Positions 49,932 through 60,473 of a DNA stretch of 64,000 nucleotides are shown here, piece after piece. This DNA comes from an uncultured virus (IMG/VR IMGVR_UViG_3300025138_000029). Lineage: Duplodnaviria > Heunggongvirae > Uroviricota > Caudoviricetes. Every line of letters starts with the position of its first letter. The stretch's first letter is position 1. The notes beneath the pieces are model-generated. The model did no database searches. It was not told where the DNA came from and saw nothing but the letters and a program-made list of their open reading frames with translations. The stretch lies in the IMG/VR virus record IMGVR_UViG_3300025138_000029. One strand, given 5' to 3'. Made by a program: the position numbers and the translations under genes.

Positions 49932-51212
49932 ATGGACAATCTAATTGATAGTGTCACTAAAGACATTCGTTATGTAATAAAAAGAAGTGGAGATAAAGTA
50001 GTTTTTAAATCTGAAAAGATTGAAATAGCTATTTTAAATGCGATGAAAAGTATCGATAAAGTAGATGAAAATATGGCAGAAAAAATTGCCAGACTCACAA
50101 CAAAAGGTCTTTTCAGAGGTAATAAAGAAAGGGTACCTAATGTTGATGAAATTCATGATATGGTTGAAAACAAGTTAATGGATAACGGTTTAAATTATGT
50201 CGCTAAAGAATATATTATTTATCGTTCTAAGAACCAACCTAATATTTTTTCTAAAAGAATTAATCTTAAACCTTATGAATATCCTAACTTAAATGAATAT
50301 GTGGATGCAATTAGACATTCATATTGGGTACATACTGAATTTAATTATACCTCAGATATTCAAGATTATAAAGTACATTTAAACGATAAAGAAAAATCTG
50401 CAGTTGAAAGAGCTATGTTAGCTATTTCACAAATTGAAGTAGCGGTTAAATCATTTTGGGGTGACATTTATAAAAGAATGCCAAAACCTGAAATTGGTAA
50501 TGTAGGTGCTACATTCGCTGAGTCAGAGGTAAGACATGCTGATGCATATTCGCATCTAATTCAATTGTTAGGACTTAATAATGAGTTTGAAAATTTATTA
50601 GAAGTACCTCAAGTAAGAAGAAGAATTAAGTATTTAGAAAAAGCTATTTCTAATTCTAAGTCTGTAGATGACAAAGAATATTTTGAATCTATTGTGTTGT
50701 TTTCAATGTTTGTTGAAAATGTTTCACTATTTTCACAATTCTTAGTTATTATGTCATTTAATAAACATAAAAACAAATTAAAAGGTATTAGTAATGCTGT
50801 TGAAGCGACATCTAAAGAAGAAAATATTCACGCTGAATTTGGGTTCGAGTTAGTTAATTTAATTAAAAAAGAAAATCCAGAGTGGTGGACACCACAATTA
50901 GTTGAGGATTTAATTATTGCAACTAAAGAAGCTTATGAAGCAGAAACAGAAGTAGTTAATTGGATTTTTGAAAAGGGTGACTTAGATTTCTTAACTAAAA
51001 AACAAACAATGGAGTTCATTAAACATAGATTTAATGTATCTTTGAATTCAATAGATGTGGATAGTATATTTGAGATTAATGACACATTATTAGAGACTAC
51101 TGAATGGTTTGATGATGAGATTTTAACTACTAAACATACTGATTTTTTTAATAAAAGAAGTATCAACTACAGTAAGAAACAAAAATCAATCACATCAAAC
51201 GATTTATTTTAA
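49932..51212 (+). CDS. nrdB: Ribonucleotide reductase beta subunit with N-terminal ATP cone
   Basis: VIKRSG...F..EKI...EIHDMVENKLM...VAKEYIIYR cone; ligands QIEVAVK, EVRH, ENVSLF, EENIH; DFFNKR. Confidence 0.93.
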   Translation: MDNLIDSVTKDIRYVIKRSGDKVVFKSEKIEIAILNAMKSIDKVDENMAEKIARLTTKGLFRGNKERVPNVDEIHDMVENKLMDNGLNYVAKEYIIYRSKNQPNIFSKRINLKPYEYPNLNEYVDAIRHSYWVHTEFNYTSDIQDYKVHLNDKEKSAVERAMLAISQIEVAVKSFWGDIYKRMPKPEIGNVGATFAESEVRHADAYSHLIQLLGLNNEFENLLEVPQVRRRIKYLEKAISNSKSVDDKEYFESIVLFSMFVENVSLFSQFLVIMSFNKHKNKLKGISNAVEATSKEENIHAEFGFELVNLIKKENPEWWTPQLVEDLIIATKEAYEAETEVVNWIFEKGDLDFLTKKQTMEFIKHRFNVSLNSIDVDSIFEINDTLLETTEWFDDEILTTKHTDFFNKRSINYSKKQKSITSNDLF

Positions 51213-51247
51213 AAACAAAACAAAACAAATAATAATAAAATAAGAAT

Positions 51248-52954
51248 ATGAAAAAGAGAGAACCTTTTAATTGGATTAATGAAGAATCAATAACGTTTCT
51301 TCGTAGAGGTTATTTAAGTGAAGGTGAAGAACCTTTAGATAGAATAAAAATAATTGCAGAACATGCAGAAAAACTTTTAAATAAAGAAGGGTTTGCGGAT
51401 AAATTTTATGATTACATGAGTAAAGGATGGTATTCATTATCATCACCAGTATGGGCAAATTTCGGTAAAGTTAGAGGTCTTCCTGTGAGTTGTTTTGGTT
51501 CAAACGTTAGTGATAGTATAGAATCAATATTATTTACACAGGCTGAAGTTGGTGAAATGAGTAAAATGGGTGGGGGTACTTCAGGGTATTTCGGTAACAT
51601 TAGAGGTCGTGGAGCTAAGATAACGGATAATGGACATGCACCAGGTGCAGTCCATTTTATGAATCTATTTCAAAGTGTGGTTGATAACATTTCACAAGGG
51701 GCGACACGAAGAGGTCGTTTCTCACCTTACCTACCTGTTGAGCACCCTGATATTATGGAATTCTTAGAGATTGGTACGGAAGGTGCTTCAATACAAGATT
51801 TAACACACGCGGTAACAGTTACTGATAAATTTATGGAAGAAATGATTGCGGGGGACGATGAAAAAAGAAAGATATGGGCTAAAGTAATTCAAAGAAGAGG
51901 TGAAATTGGTTATCCTTATATTATGTTTCATGATACAATGAACAATAACGCACCTAAAGTCTACCAAGATAAAGGAGCTAAAATATATAACTCTAATCTT
52001 TGCTCTGAGATAGCTCTACATAATTCTGAAGACGAATCATTTGTTTGTGTACTATCTTCAATGAATGTATTACACTACGATGAATGGAAAGATACTGACG
52101 CTGTTGAAACTATGGTTTATTTCTTAGATGCGGTTGTTACAGAGTATTGTAATAAATTAGAAAAATTAAGAGACAACGGTACTAGAGAAGGTAAAATGGC
52201 GTTTTTATATATGGAAAAGGCTTATAACTTCGCTAAAAGACAAAGAGCACTCGGTTTAGGTGTTTTAGGTTGGCACTCACTTCTACAATCAAAAGGATTA
52301 CCTTTCGATACTAAAGAAACTGCTAAACTTAATGTTGAGGTATTTAGAACAATTAAAGATAAATCATATAAAGCATCAGAAGAGTTAGCTGAAATTTTTG
52401 GTGAACCTGAATATCTAAAAGGTTATGGTAGACGAAACGTAACACTTAATGCTGTTGCTCCGACTACTTCATCGGCGTTTATTCTTGGTCAAGTGTCACA
52501 ATCCATTGAACCTATTTGGTCTAACTGTTATGTTAAGGATGTAGCTAAAATGAAGGTTACTATTAAAAATCCTATATTAAAAGATTTGTTAGACTCAATC
52601 GGTAAAAATAATAAGGAAACTTGGGATAGTATAAAAAAGGCTGACGGTTCAGTACAACATTTAGATTTTCTAAATGACGACCAAAAAGATGTGTTTAGAA
52701 CATTTGCAGAAATTAATCAATCGTCAATTGTTAATCAGGCAGCAATTAGACAAGACTTTATTGACCAGTCGCAATCTTTAAATTTAATGGTTTCACCTGA
52801 GATGCCAACTAAAGACGTTAATAAATTACTTATTGACTCATGGAAGTTAGGGGTTAAGACACTATATTATCAACATTCTATGAACTCGGCACAGGCTTTT
52901 GCTAGAAAAAAGTTGAATTTAAATGACTTACAATGTGTTGCGTGTGAGGGTTAA
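51248..52954 (+). CDS. nrdA: Ribonucleotide reductase alpha subunit (no ATP cone)
   Basis: PVSCF, GGGTS, SNLCSEI, VCVLSS, APTTSS, IDQSQS, KTLYY, C-terminal CVAC. Confidence 0.95.
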   Translation: MKKREPFNWINEESITFLRRGYLSEGEEPLDRIKIIAEHAEKLLNKEGFADKFYDYMSKGWYSLSSPVWANFGKVRGLPVSCFGSNVSDSIESILFTQAEVGEMSKMGGGTSGYFGNIRGRGAKITDNGHAPGAVHFMNLFQSVVDNISQGATRRGRFSPYLPVEHPDIMEFLEIGTEGASIQDLTHAVTVTDKFMEEMIAGDDEKRKIWAKVIQRRGEIGYPYIMFHDTMNNNAPKVYQDKGAKIYNSNLCSEIALHNSEDESFVCVLSSMNVLHYDEWKDTDAVETMVYFLDAVVTEYCNKLEKLRDNGTREGKMAFLYMEKAYNFAKRQRALGLGVLGWHSLLQSKGLPFDTKETAKLNVEVFRTIKDKSYKASEELAEIFGEPEYLKGYGRRNVTLNAVAPTTSSAFILGQVSQSIEPIWSNCYVKDVAKMKVTIKNPILKDLLDSIGKNNKETWDSIKKADGSVQHLDFLNDDQKDVFRTFAEINQSSIVNQAAIRQDFIDQSQSLNLMVSPEMPTKDVNKLLIDSWKLGVKTLYYQHSMNSAQAFARKKLNLNDLQCVACEG

Positions 52955-52980
52955 GGTATAAAATAGGTGTATATTATGTA

Positions 52981-53010
52981 AAAAGGTTGGATTCGTCTAA
53001 CCTTTTTTCT
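52981..53010 (+). terminator. Intrinsic terminator after nrdA
   Basis: AAAAGGTTGGA-TTCG-TCTAACCTTTTTT. Confidence 0.85.
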
Positions 53011-53052
53011 TTTATATTTAGATAAAATAATCTGTGTTTATATTTATGGGAT

Positions 53053-53514
53053 ATGGCAAACGGTAAAACATATGGTGTATTTTTTCCTTTTAGAGATAGT
53101 TTACAAGGTGACTACCTAAGATTAACTGAATCCTCAGATGAGGAAATAAGGGCAGATTTACTTCATTTAATATTAACAAGGAAAGGTAGTAGGTACTATC
53201 TACCTGATTTTGGTACTCGAATATACGAGTTTATATTTGAACCAATGGATGGACCGACATTCGATGCGATTAAAGCAGATGTTAGACAAGCCGTAGATAA
53301 ATTTATACCAAATTTACAAATAAATGACATAACCATTGAACCTTATGTCGAAGCAGAACCATTACCTGGTGAAATCAATTACGATGAATTAGGTGGTCAA
53401 ATTTTTAGAGTTGCGAGTGATAGTGCGGTAGAGTACACCGCAAAACTAAGAATTGACTTTACTATTGTTAATGGTACATTTTCATCAAAAGATTTCGTGA
53501 TTATTAATATTTAA
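53053..53514 (+). CDS. Baseplate wedge protein gp25-like
   Basis: LILTRKGSR...PDFGT.I..FIFEP. Confidence 0.88.
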   Translation: MANGKTYGVFFPFRDSLQGDYLRLTESSDEEIRADLLHLILTRKGSRYYLPDFGTRIYEFIFEPMDGPTFDAIKADVRQAVDKFIPNLQINDITIEPYVEAEPLPGEINYDELGGQIFRVASDSAVEYTAKLRIDFTIVNGTFSSKDFVIINI

Positions 53515-53520
53515 TATTAT

Positions 53521-55359
53521 ATGGCTAACCGTAAAATTTCATACACAGATAGAGACTTTCAATCCTTAAGACAAGAATTGATAAATTATACACAACAGTA
53601 TTATCCAGAATTAATAGGTAATTTTAACGATGCCTCGATTTATTCTGTATTTATGGACTTAAATGCCGCTATCGGAGATAATCTACATTATCACATGGAT
53701 AGAAGTATCCAAGAAACAGTATTACAATACGCTCAACAAAAATCGTCAATTTATAATATTGCTAGAACTTATGGTTTAAAGATACCCGGTAACAGACCGT
53801 CAATTGCCTTAGTAGATATTTCAATCACGGTTCCAGCATTAGGGGACCAAGAAGATGAAAGGTATTTAGGTGTTATGAGAGCGGGTTCTCAATTTATTGG
53901 TGCTGGACAGGTATTTGAAAACCCTAACGATATTGATTTTACTTCACAGTACAATAGTGAAGGTTTCCCAAACCGTACTAAAATACCAAACTTTGATTCT
54001 AATAATAGGTTAATTAATTATACAATGACTAAAAGAGAAGTTGTAGTTAATGGATTAACTAAAACATTTAAAAAAGTTATTAATAATAACGATGTAAAAC
54101 CATTTTTTGAATTTTTCTTACCCGAAAAAAATGTTATTAGTATAACTTCATTAATTCAAAAAGATGGTGTAAATTATCAATCACCTCCTACGTATGATGA
54201 GTTTATTAGTTCTCCTGACAAATGGTACGAAGTAGATGCTTTAGCAGAATCTAAAATTTTTATTGAAGACCCCACACGACCGGCAGATAAACCAGGACTT
54301 AAAGTAGGTAAGTATATTGAAACTGAAAATAGATTTGTTTCTGAATATACACCTGAAGGTTACTGTAAAGTTAATTTTGGAGGAGGAACAACAACACCTG
54401 AGGAACAACTACAAGAATTTACGAGAACTGGTATTCCTTTAAGAATCCAAGATTATCAAAATAATATTGGATTAGGGTTAACTGTAAAGGCGAATACAAC
54501 ATTATTTGTACAATATAGAATTGGAGGAGGTAAATCCTCTAATGTTGGTGTTGATGTAATAACACAGTTTGGTACAACATATTTTGATGTTAATGGACCA
54601 TCTAATAACGTTAATCAAAATGTTATTGATAGTTTAAGAACTACTAATGTTACTGCGGCTATAGGTGGTGGAGATTTACCGACCCCTGAAGAGGTTAGAA
54701 ATATGGTATCATTTAATTTTGCGGCACAAAAAAGAGCGGTAACAGTTAACGATTATAACTCATTGGTTAGAACAATGCCTAGTAGGTTTGGAGCACCTGC
54801 GAAGGCGGCTATCACAGAACAAGAGAATAAAATAAGAATTGAAATATTATCTTATGATACACAAGGAAAACTTACAGAATCAGTTTCAAATACATTAAAA
54901 CAAAATATAGCTAATTATTTATCACATTATAGAATGATAAATGATTACATCTCAATAACTAACGCTAATGTGGTTGATTTAGAATTTGAATTATCCGTAG
55001 TAATGGACTCAACTCAAAACCAAGGACAGATTATTACTAATATTATTAACTCAGTAGATAGTTATTTTTCACCTCAAAAACAACAATTAGGTGATAATGT
55101 TAATATTTCGGACATACGAAGAATAGTACAAGATATACCGGGAGTCATATCTCTTTCAGAATTAAAAGTTTTTAATAAAGTGGGTGGTAGATACTCTAAT
55201 TCACAAACATCTCAAAGATATTCAGACAATCAGACAAAACAAATTCAGTTAGTTGATGACACTATTTTTGCACAACCAAATCAAGTTTATCAAATTCGAT
55301 TCCCCGACAATGACATTAAAGTGAGAGCTAAGTCACTTAAAAATGTCGACTTCTCATAA
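53521..55359 (+). CDS. Baseplate wedge protein gp6/J-like
   Basis: YTDRDFQSLRQEL, YRIGGG..SN, GG.D, QKRAVTVNDY. Confidence 0.88.
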   Translation: MANRKISYTDRDFQSLRQELINYTQQYYPELIGNFNDASIYSVFMDLNAAIGDNLHYHMDRSIQETVLQYAQQKSSIYNIARTYGLKIPGNRPSIALVDISITVPALGDQEDERYLGVMRAGSQFIGAGQVFENPNDIDFTSQYNSEGFPNRTKIPNFDSNNRLINYTMTKREVVVNGLTKTFKKVINNNDVKPFFEFFLPEKNVISITSLIQKDGVNYQSPPTYDEFISSPDKWYEVDALAESKIFIEDPTRPADKPGLKVGKYIETENRFVSEYTPEGYCKVNFGGGTTTPEEQLQEFTRTGIPLRIQDYQNNIGLGLTVKANTTLFVQYRIGGGKSSNVGVDVITQFGTTYFDVNGPSNNVNQNVIDSLRTTNVTAAIGGGDLPTPEEVRNMVSFNFAAQKRAVTVNDYNSLVRTMPSRFGAPAKAAITEQENKIRIEILSYDTQGKLTESVSNTLKQNIANYLSHYRMINDYISITNANVVDLEFELSVVMDSTQNQGQIITNIINSVDSYFSPQKQQLGDNVNISDIRRIVQDIPGVISLSELKVFNKVGGRYSNSQTSQRYSDNQTKQIQLVDDTIFAQPNQVYQIRFPDNDIKVRAKSLKNVDFS

Positions 55360-55430
55360 ATCTATCCATATACTTTTGATAAAATCAAATTAAAATTAAG
55401 ATGAATAACTATTTATCTTAAAAACTAATT

Positions 55431-58400
55431 ATGCCAAAATCGATTAGAATAAGAACAGAACCTGGTGTTGATAGAGACATTAATGTTAAAATTGACCAAG
55501 ATTTTGATTCCTTAGAAATTTTGTCTTTAAAATTAAGACAAGAAGACTTATATACACAGTTCTGCGCCGATTATGGGGTTGTTGTGGGAAGAGTAATAGC
55601 CAATGGGGGTTTAGGTATACCTAATGCTCATATATCAATTTTTATCCCTTTAGATGATGTTGATGAAAGTGACCCTATAATATCCACACTATACCCATAT
55701 AAAACCCCGACTACAAAGAATGAAGACGGGTATAGATATAATCTTCTACCATATGAAGATGAATACTACGGACATAACGGTACAGGTACATTTCCAACAG
55801 TTGACGATGTATTAACTCGTAAAGAGGTTTTACAAGTTTATGAAAAATACTATAAGTATTCGGTTAGAACTAATGACTCAGGTGACTTTATGATTGTCGG
55901 AGTGCCCTTAGGTAATCAAAAATTAGTTATGGATTTAGATTTATCTAACATGGGTGAGTTTTCACTTAGACCTTCAGATTTAATTAGAATGGGTCGTGGA
56001 GTACCTTCACAATTTAATGGTCAACTATTTAAAGATTCTGAAAATATTGATTCATTACCACAGATATTAAATGAAGTAAAAGACATTGATGTTTCATCAT
56101 TTTGGGGACAAGATGATATATGTGATGTAGGTATAACTAGAGTTGATTTTGATTTGAGTGACCAAGGAATAGAAATTACACCTCACTCAGTATTTATGGG
56201 TTCTTTGTTCTCCTCAAATGAGGATGACTATATAAAGGCCACTTGTAGACCTAAAAAAGATACAGGTAATTTATGTGATACTGTTGCGGGCCCTGGAGAG
56301 ATATTAGCCATAAGACAAACAATACAGGAAGATGAAAATGGTGACCCAGTATTAGAACAGTATCAATTAGAAGATGGGGGTAATGTTATTAACGATAATG
56401 GAGCGTGGTTAATTGACCTTCCAATGAATATGAATTATGTAACAACTAATGAGTTCGGAGAAAGAGTAACTTCTCCTGACCCTAGTGTTGGAATTCCCAC
56501 ACAAGCTAAGTATAGGTTTAAGATAAAATGGCAAAACGAAGCAGGATTACAAACTCAAATAATGAGGGCAAATTATTTAATTCCAAATATAAAAGAACAT
56601 TGGAATGGTAATCCTATATCTGGTATTCCATTTGATTTAAATAAATCGTATTCATTTTCATTAGATTGGTCGGATTATTACGATAAAGATGCCGCAATAA
56701 AATGTGAAGACACATTTTATAGTTTTGGTTATAATAAAGTCTACACTACAGCAGCACACATTGATAGATGGAAATATGGTGCAAATAGAGCTTCTCATTA
56801 TGGTATAAAAGAGATTCTTAATAGGGACTGTATGAGTGAAAATAATAGGTTTCCTGTAAATGATGGACAACGTAACTTTGATTTTTTATATTTTTTATTT
56901 AACATCCTACTCGGTGTTATTACCCCAACGGTTTTTGTTATTATCCCTATAATGCACGTATTAGCATTATTATATCCTATAGTAAGGCTTATTGTTAACC
57001 TTCTTGTAACCATAATTAATCCTATTTTATACTTAATTTGTAAAGCGGTTGCATTTTTAAGTAGAAAAGTTAAAAAAAGTGATTGTAAAAAAGACACAAT
57101 TAAAAAACTACCTAAAGAAAACCCATTTAAGAGATTAACTTTACCTATGATAACCTATCCTGACTGTGAAGCATGTTCATGTGATGATGTTAATTTACCC
57201 GATGCTGAAGATGAAACAATTACAAGTTTGGAATTAGAAATTGCAAATGCGAATCAGAGTAATTTAGCTGACTTCGTTAGTATAGGGGCTTATAATGATA
57301 TTGTATGTAGTACTAGCTCCGTCTCACCTGGAGGGGTAGTTCCTCCAACTATTAATATAAACTCGGAATGTTATGCATGTTATAATGGACAACCGAGTTA
57401 TGTTGCTGCACAATACAACCAACTTATCTTTTCAGGATACGACCCTGATATCCCACCACCATCAGAACCAGGAGAATTTAATCCACCTTTTACCCCACCT
57501 GCACAGTGGTCAAAGAGTCCATTTAGTTTACAAACACATAGTAGTGAATACCATTCAACATTTACCACAACCTTACCTCAGTCATTAAATTTAATGAATC
57601 AAAGAAGTAGATATTTTGATACTACAACACCTAATCGTATGTTAGTGGATATTGTAAATGACCAACTAAACCCTAATGGGGTTCCTAATACATCACCAAT
57701 TACACATGTAAAAAATAGGTACGAAGACATGCCGTTAGTTACTGTACTTGATGGTAATGTTAATTTAACCCCTGGTCAGTTATTAACATTTGTTGATGGA
57801 GAATTAATTGATGACCCTAACGTTAATAATACAGGAATGACCGTAAATCAATTTGGTTATCAGTCATTAACAGGTACCATGGTAAGTAATCCTTCCGCAT
57901 ACGTTACAAGACCATGTAGTTATATTGACGGTAACGGTACTCCACGAAATATAGATTTAGAATTATATTCACCTGTTCCAGGAGCGTCATACAATTTTAA
58001 AACGGGTATTGAATACTATCAGGTTATTGGTAGTATGGATGTTAGTGATGCAAGAGCTTACTTATCTGGTGTAACTGCAAATAGTAGTGATTCTATATTA
58101 TGGAAATACTTTTTAGATAAAGATTGTCAATATTTCTGTGACAGAGGTAATTCAAACTGGGCCGTTCCCATACAAGACCCTCTTGATTATTTTGAGGATG
58201 CAGACAATGTTAAAATATATTTTATAGCTAAAGGTGTGGACCCATACTCAGGAAGACAAAAAATAAAATATGATTTGAATAGACTATTTGGAGAACTATA
58301 TAACGCAAACCCTAACTTTATTTTCCAAGGAGATTATTTTCCTAACATACCAATACAAGAGGTTAGTAACGCTAATGGAGGTAATGGTGATGATGATACA

Positions 58401-60473
58401 CCCGCACCTCACTATGATATAGATTTACCTCCAGGTACAATACATTTTGATGATGGAATTAATGATAATACTGCATTATTTCATGGGTCTTATCTTTTTA
58501 CCCCTATTTCAAATTCAGGAACTACATTTCAATCATTTTTTACTAGAGGTTTTGCCTATTACTCTTCATTAGATTATCAATTTGGGACCACATTAACAAA
58601 TTTTGGTAGTAGTAATGGTGTCGAAGTAACTGGTAGTTTTCTTGACCCTTTAGTTGGTTATGATGTGATGTCTATTAGTACAACTCTTAGTGGACAAAGT
58701 AAAATAGAAGGAGCATCATACCAATGGACCGATACAAGTCCTCAAGCTAATTTAACTTCTGCGAGTAAAGTGTATACGATATCACCATCTTATTGGTTAT
58801 GGAACGCCGCAGGACTTGCACCTAAAATTAATATGAATGATGAGACTCGTTTAATTTTTAGGTCAGATAGATTACCAACATCATCGGTTAGGGACGAAGG
58901 GGCTTTAGCACCATATCAAGATTTCTGTTTACACTTAAATGACACATTTGTTTATTTTACTGTGACCGACACAGGTGTAAGTGAAGCAGTCTCACCTAAC
59001 ACTTCTGTCGGTTCTACAGATGGTTCAGGCGGAGCAGCAGATTATGGAGATGAACCACAACCAGGATTTATGGGAAATGGAATATTACAGAGTTTTGAAT
59101 GTTCAGGATTAAAAGTTTTAGAGTGTTATAATGGTACAGGTAGTAATTTTAGTGTAGACAATCCGTGTGACTTAGACGATAGAACTCAAGGGGGTTGTTA
59201 TGTGTTTGTTGATAACCCTTTAATAATTAGTATACCTAAAGATTTTAAATTTTTCTTTGAGTGGAGGACAAGGTTTAGATTTATGTTTGGAGCATGTAGA
59301 GGAGTTGTCGGACATATGTTCCAAAATAATTGGATAAATGGTACTTTATATATGCCATCATTTCAAAAGAAGACTTTTTATGATAGTAATAATGAAGTAA
59401 AACGTTACAAATATTGTGGTGACCCTTTCGTGGGTAATGGAGGGTTATTTGGAAATCAAAAACAAATGTGTGGACCATTATACTTTAATACTGATTCTAA
59501 CTCATTCTTTTATAGGTCCGCACCATATAATACTAATACGAATCAATTTAAACCACAAGGAGACTGTTATGGAGGTTTTTTTGGATTAAATAATATTGGT
59601 TCAAATGACGGAAATATATGGCAACCAACAACAATTATGGATTTGGGACCTAAAACAGATTTCCTAAAAGAAGTATTACTTACACCTGAATTCCAAGGAT
59701 ATATAATGGATGAGATTGAATCAACTTCATATCAAGATATATCAGGATTATTAAACTTATTTATAATTTCAAGATTAGTTGACGCTAACTTTTTAGAACA
59801 ACTATTAGGGGTGGGTGACGCATCAATACAACAATTATTTTCTAGAGACCCTGGACTTGGTTTAGTTAATAGATTTTTTGATTCAAGAGTTGATGGGGAT
59901 TATGCGCAGGCATGTTCTATCAATACAGAATTTGGTGTATTACCTTATCTTGCTGGAAATTATGAAGACGAAGTTGCAGTAGGAGACAGTTTATTTGGTG
60001 TATGGTTTACAGGAAGCACCGTGAGTCCTTATAACACTGTAGGTACAACAGTTGCTGATAGAAGAATTGTTGGCCCTGGAGAATTAACATTTTCTGAAGA
60101 CCCATTATTAGTTAGTAATTTTAATTATATTGGGTCACAAACAGTTCCATTTTATACTTGGGAATTTGCTGGTGGAAATATGTTTGGTACTGAGGAAAAT
60201 ACGTGGAAAACAAATACTTGTCAAACGGGTACATATCAAGATGAAAAATTTGACGGAGCCAATCAGTATGCTAAACCGACCACAGGTTTAGGTACAGGAT
60301 TTATTTTTAATAGACCAGTCAATGTATATCCTGGTAGTGTACCTACGGATAATGGTAATGATGGTTATAGGGTTGGGTCACCATTTCAATTCTATTTTGG
60401 ATTAAAAAGAGGTAAAAGTGCGATGAATTTGTTCATAACTAAATTTATATTTAATAGAGATTTAAATGGGTAA
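55431..60473 (+). CDS. Large putative virion protein with N-terminal beta-sandwich and an internal hydrophobic segment
   Basis: 1680 aa; GRV....GIPNAHISI, TNDSGDFMIVGVPLG; about 60 aa hydrophobic stretch. Confidence 0.6.
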   Translation: MPKSIRIRTEPGVDRDINVKIDQDFDSLEILSLKLRQEDLYTQFCADYGVVVGRVIANGGLGIPNAHISIFIPLDDVDESDPIISTLYPYKTPTTKNEDGYRYNLLPYEDEYYGHNGTGTFPTVDDVLTRKEVLQVYEKYYKYSVRTNDSGDFMIVGVPLGNQKLVMDLDLSNMGEFSLRPSDLIRMGRGVPSQFNGQLFKDSENIDSLPQILNEVKDIDVSSFWGQDDICDVGITRVDFDLSDQGIEITPHSVFMGSLFSSNEDDYIKATCRPKKDTGNLCDTVAGPGEILAIRQTIQEDENGDPVLEQYQLEDGGNVINDNGAWLIDLPMNMNYVTTNEFGERVTSPDPSVGIPTQAKYRFKIKWQNEAGLQTQIMRANYLIPNIKEHWNGNPISGIPFDLNKSYSFSLDWSDYYDKDAAIKCEDTFYSFGYNKVYTTAAHIDRWKYGANRASHYGIKEILNRDCMSENNRFPVNDGQRNFDFLYFLFNILLGVITPTVFVIIPIMHVLALLYPIVRLIVNLLVTIINPILYLICKAVAFLSRKVKKSDCKKDTIKKLPKENPFKRLTLPMITYPDCEACSCDDVNLPDAEDETITSLELEIANANQSNLADFVSIGAYNDIVCSTSSVSPGGVVPPTININSECYACYNGQPSYVAAQYNQLIFSGYDPDIPPPSEPGEFNPPFTPPAQWSKSPFSLQTHSSEYHSTFTTTLPQSLNLMNQRSRYFDTTTPNRMLVDIVNDQLNPNGVPNTSPITHVKNRYEDMPLVTVLDGNVNLTPGQLLTFVDGELIDDPNVNNTGMTVNQFGYQSLTGTMVSNPSAYVTRPCSYIDGNGTPRNIDLELYSPVPGASYNFKTGIEYYQVIGSMDVSDARAYLSGVTANSSDSILWKYFLDKDCQYFCDRGNSNWAVPIQDPLDYFEDADNVKIYFIAKGVDPYSGRQKIKYDLNRLFGELYNANPNFIFQGDYFPNIPIQEVSNANGGNGDDDTPAPHYDIDLPPGTIHFDDGINDNTALFHGSYLFTPISNSGTTFQSFFTRGFAYYSSLDYQFGTTLTNFGSSNGVEVTGSFLDPLVGYDVMSISTTLSGQSKIEGASYQWTDTSPQANLTSASKVYTISPSYWLWNAAGLAPKINMNDETRLIFRSDRLPTSSVRDEGALAPYQDFCLHLNDTFVYFTVTDTGVSEAVSPNTSVGSTDGSGGAADYGDEPQPGFMGNGILQSFECSGLKVLECYNGTGSNFSVDNPCDLDDRTQGGCYVFVDNPLIISIPKDFKFFFEWRTRFRFMFGACRGVVGHMFQNNWINGTLYMPSFQKKTFYDSNNEVKRYKYCGDPFVGNGGLFGNQKQMCGPLYFNTDSNSFFYRSAPYNTNTNQFKPQGDCYGGFFGLNNIGSNDGNIWQPTTIMDLGPKTDFLKEVLLTPEFQGYIMDEIESTSYQDISGLLNLFIISRLVDANFLEQLLGVGDASIQQLFSRDPGLGLVNRFFDSRVDGDYAQACSINTEFGVLPYLAGNYEDEVAVGDSLFGVWFTGSTVSPYNTVGTTVADRRIVGPGELTFSEDPLLVSNFNYIGSQTVPFYTWEFAGGNMFGTEENTWKTNTCQTGTYQDEKFDGANQYAKPTTGLGTGFIFNRPVNVYPGSVPTDNGNDGYRVGSPFQFYFGLKRGKSAMNLFITKFIFNRDLNG

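Noticed and set aside
14344..52954. Inteins or introns in polB, helicases, recA or RNR
   Set aside because: Sizes are ordinary, motifs contiguous, no splice-junction or homing endonuclease motifs seen
24452..55359. Bacterial contractile injection system (eCIS/T6SS/tailocin)
   Set aside because: Interleaved with a phage replisome and neck genes, which indicates a true phage
624..59478. Short antisense or alternate-frame ORFs in the track (e.g. 624-875, 3408-3608, 8430-8759, 11752-12108, 14664-14972, 18826-19209, 25825-26079, 44273-44722, 56798-57097)
   Set aside because: Nested in well-supported genes, no motifs, composition typical of shadow frames
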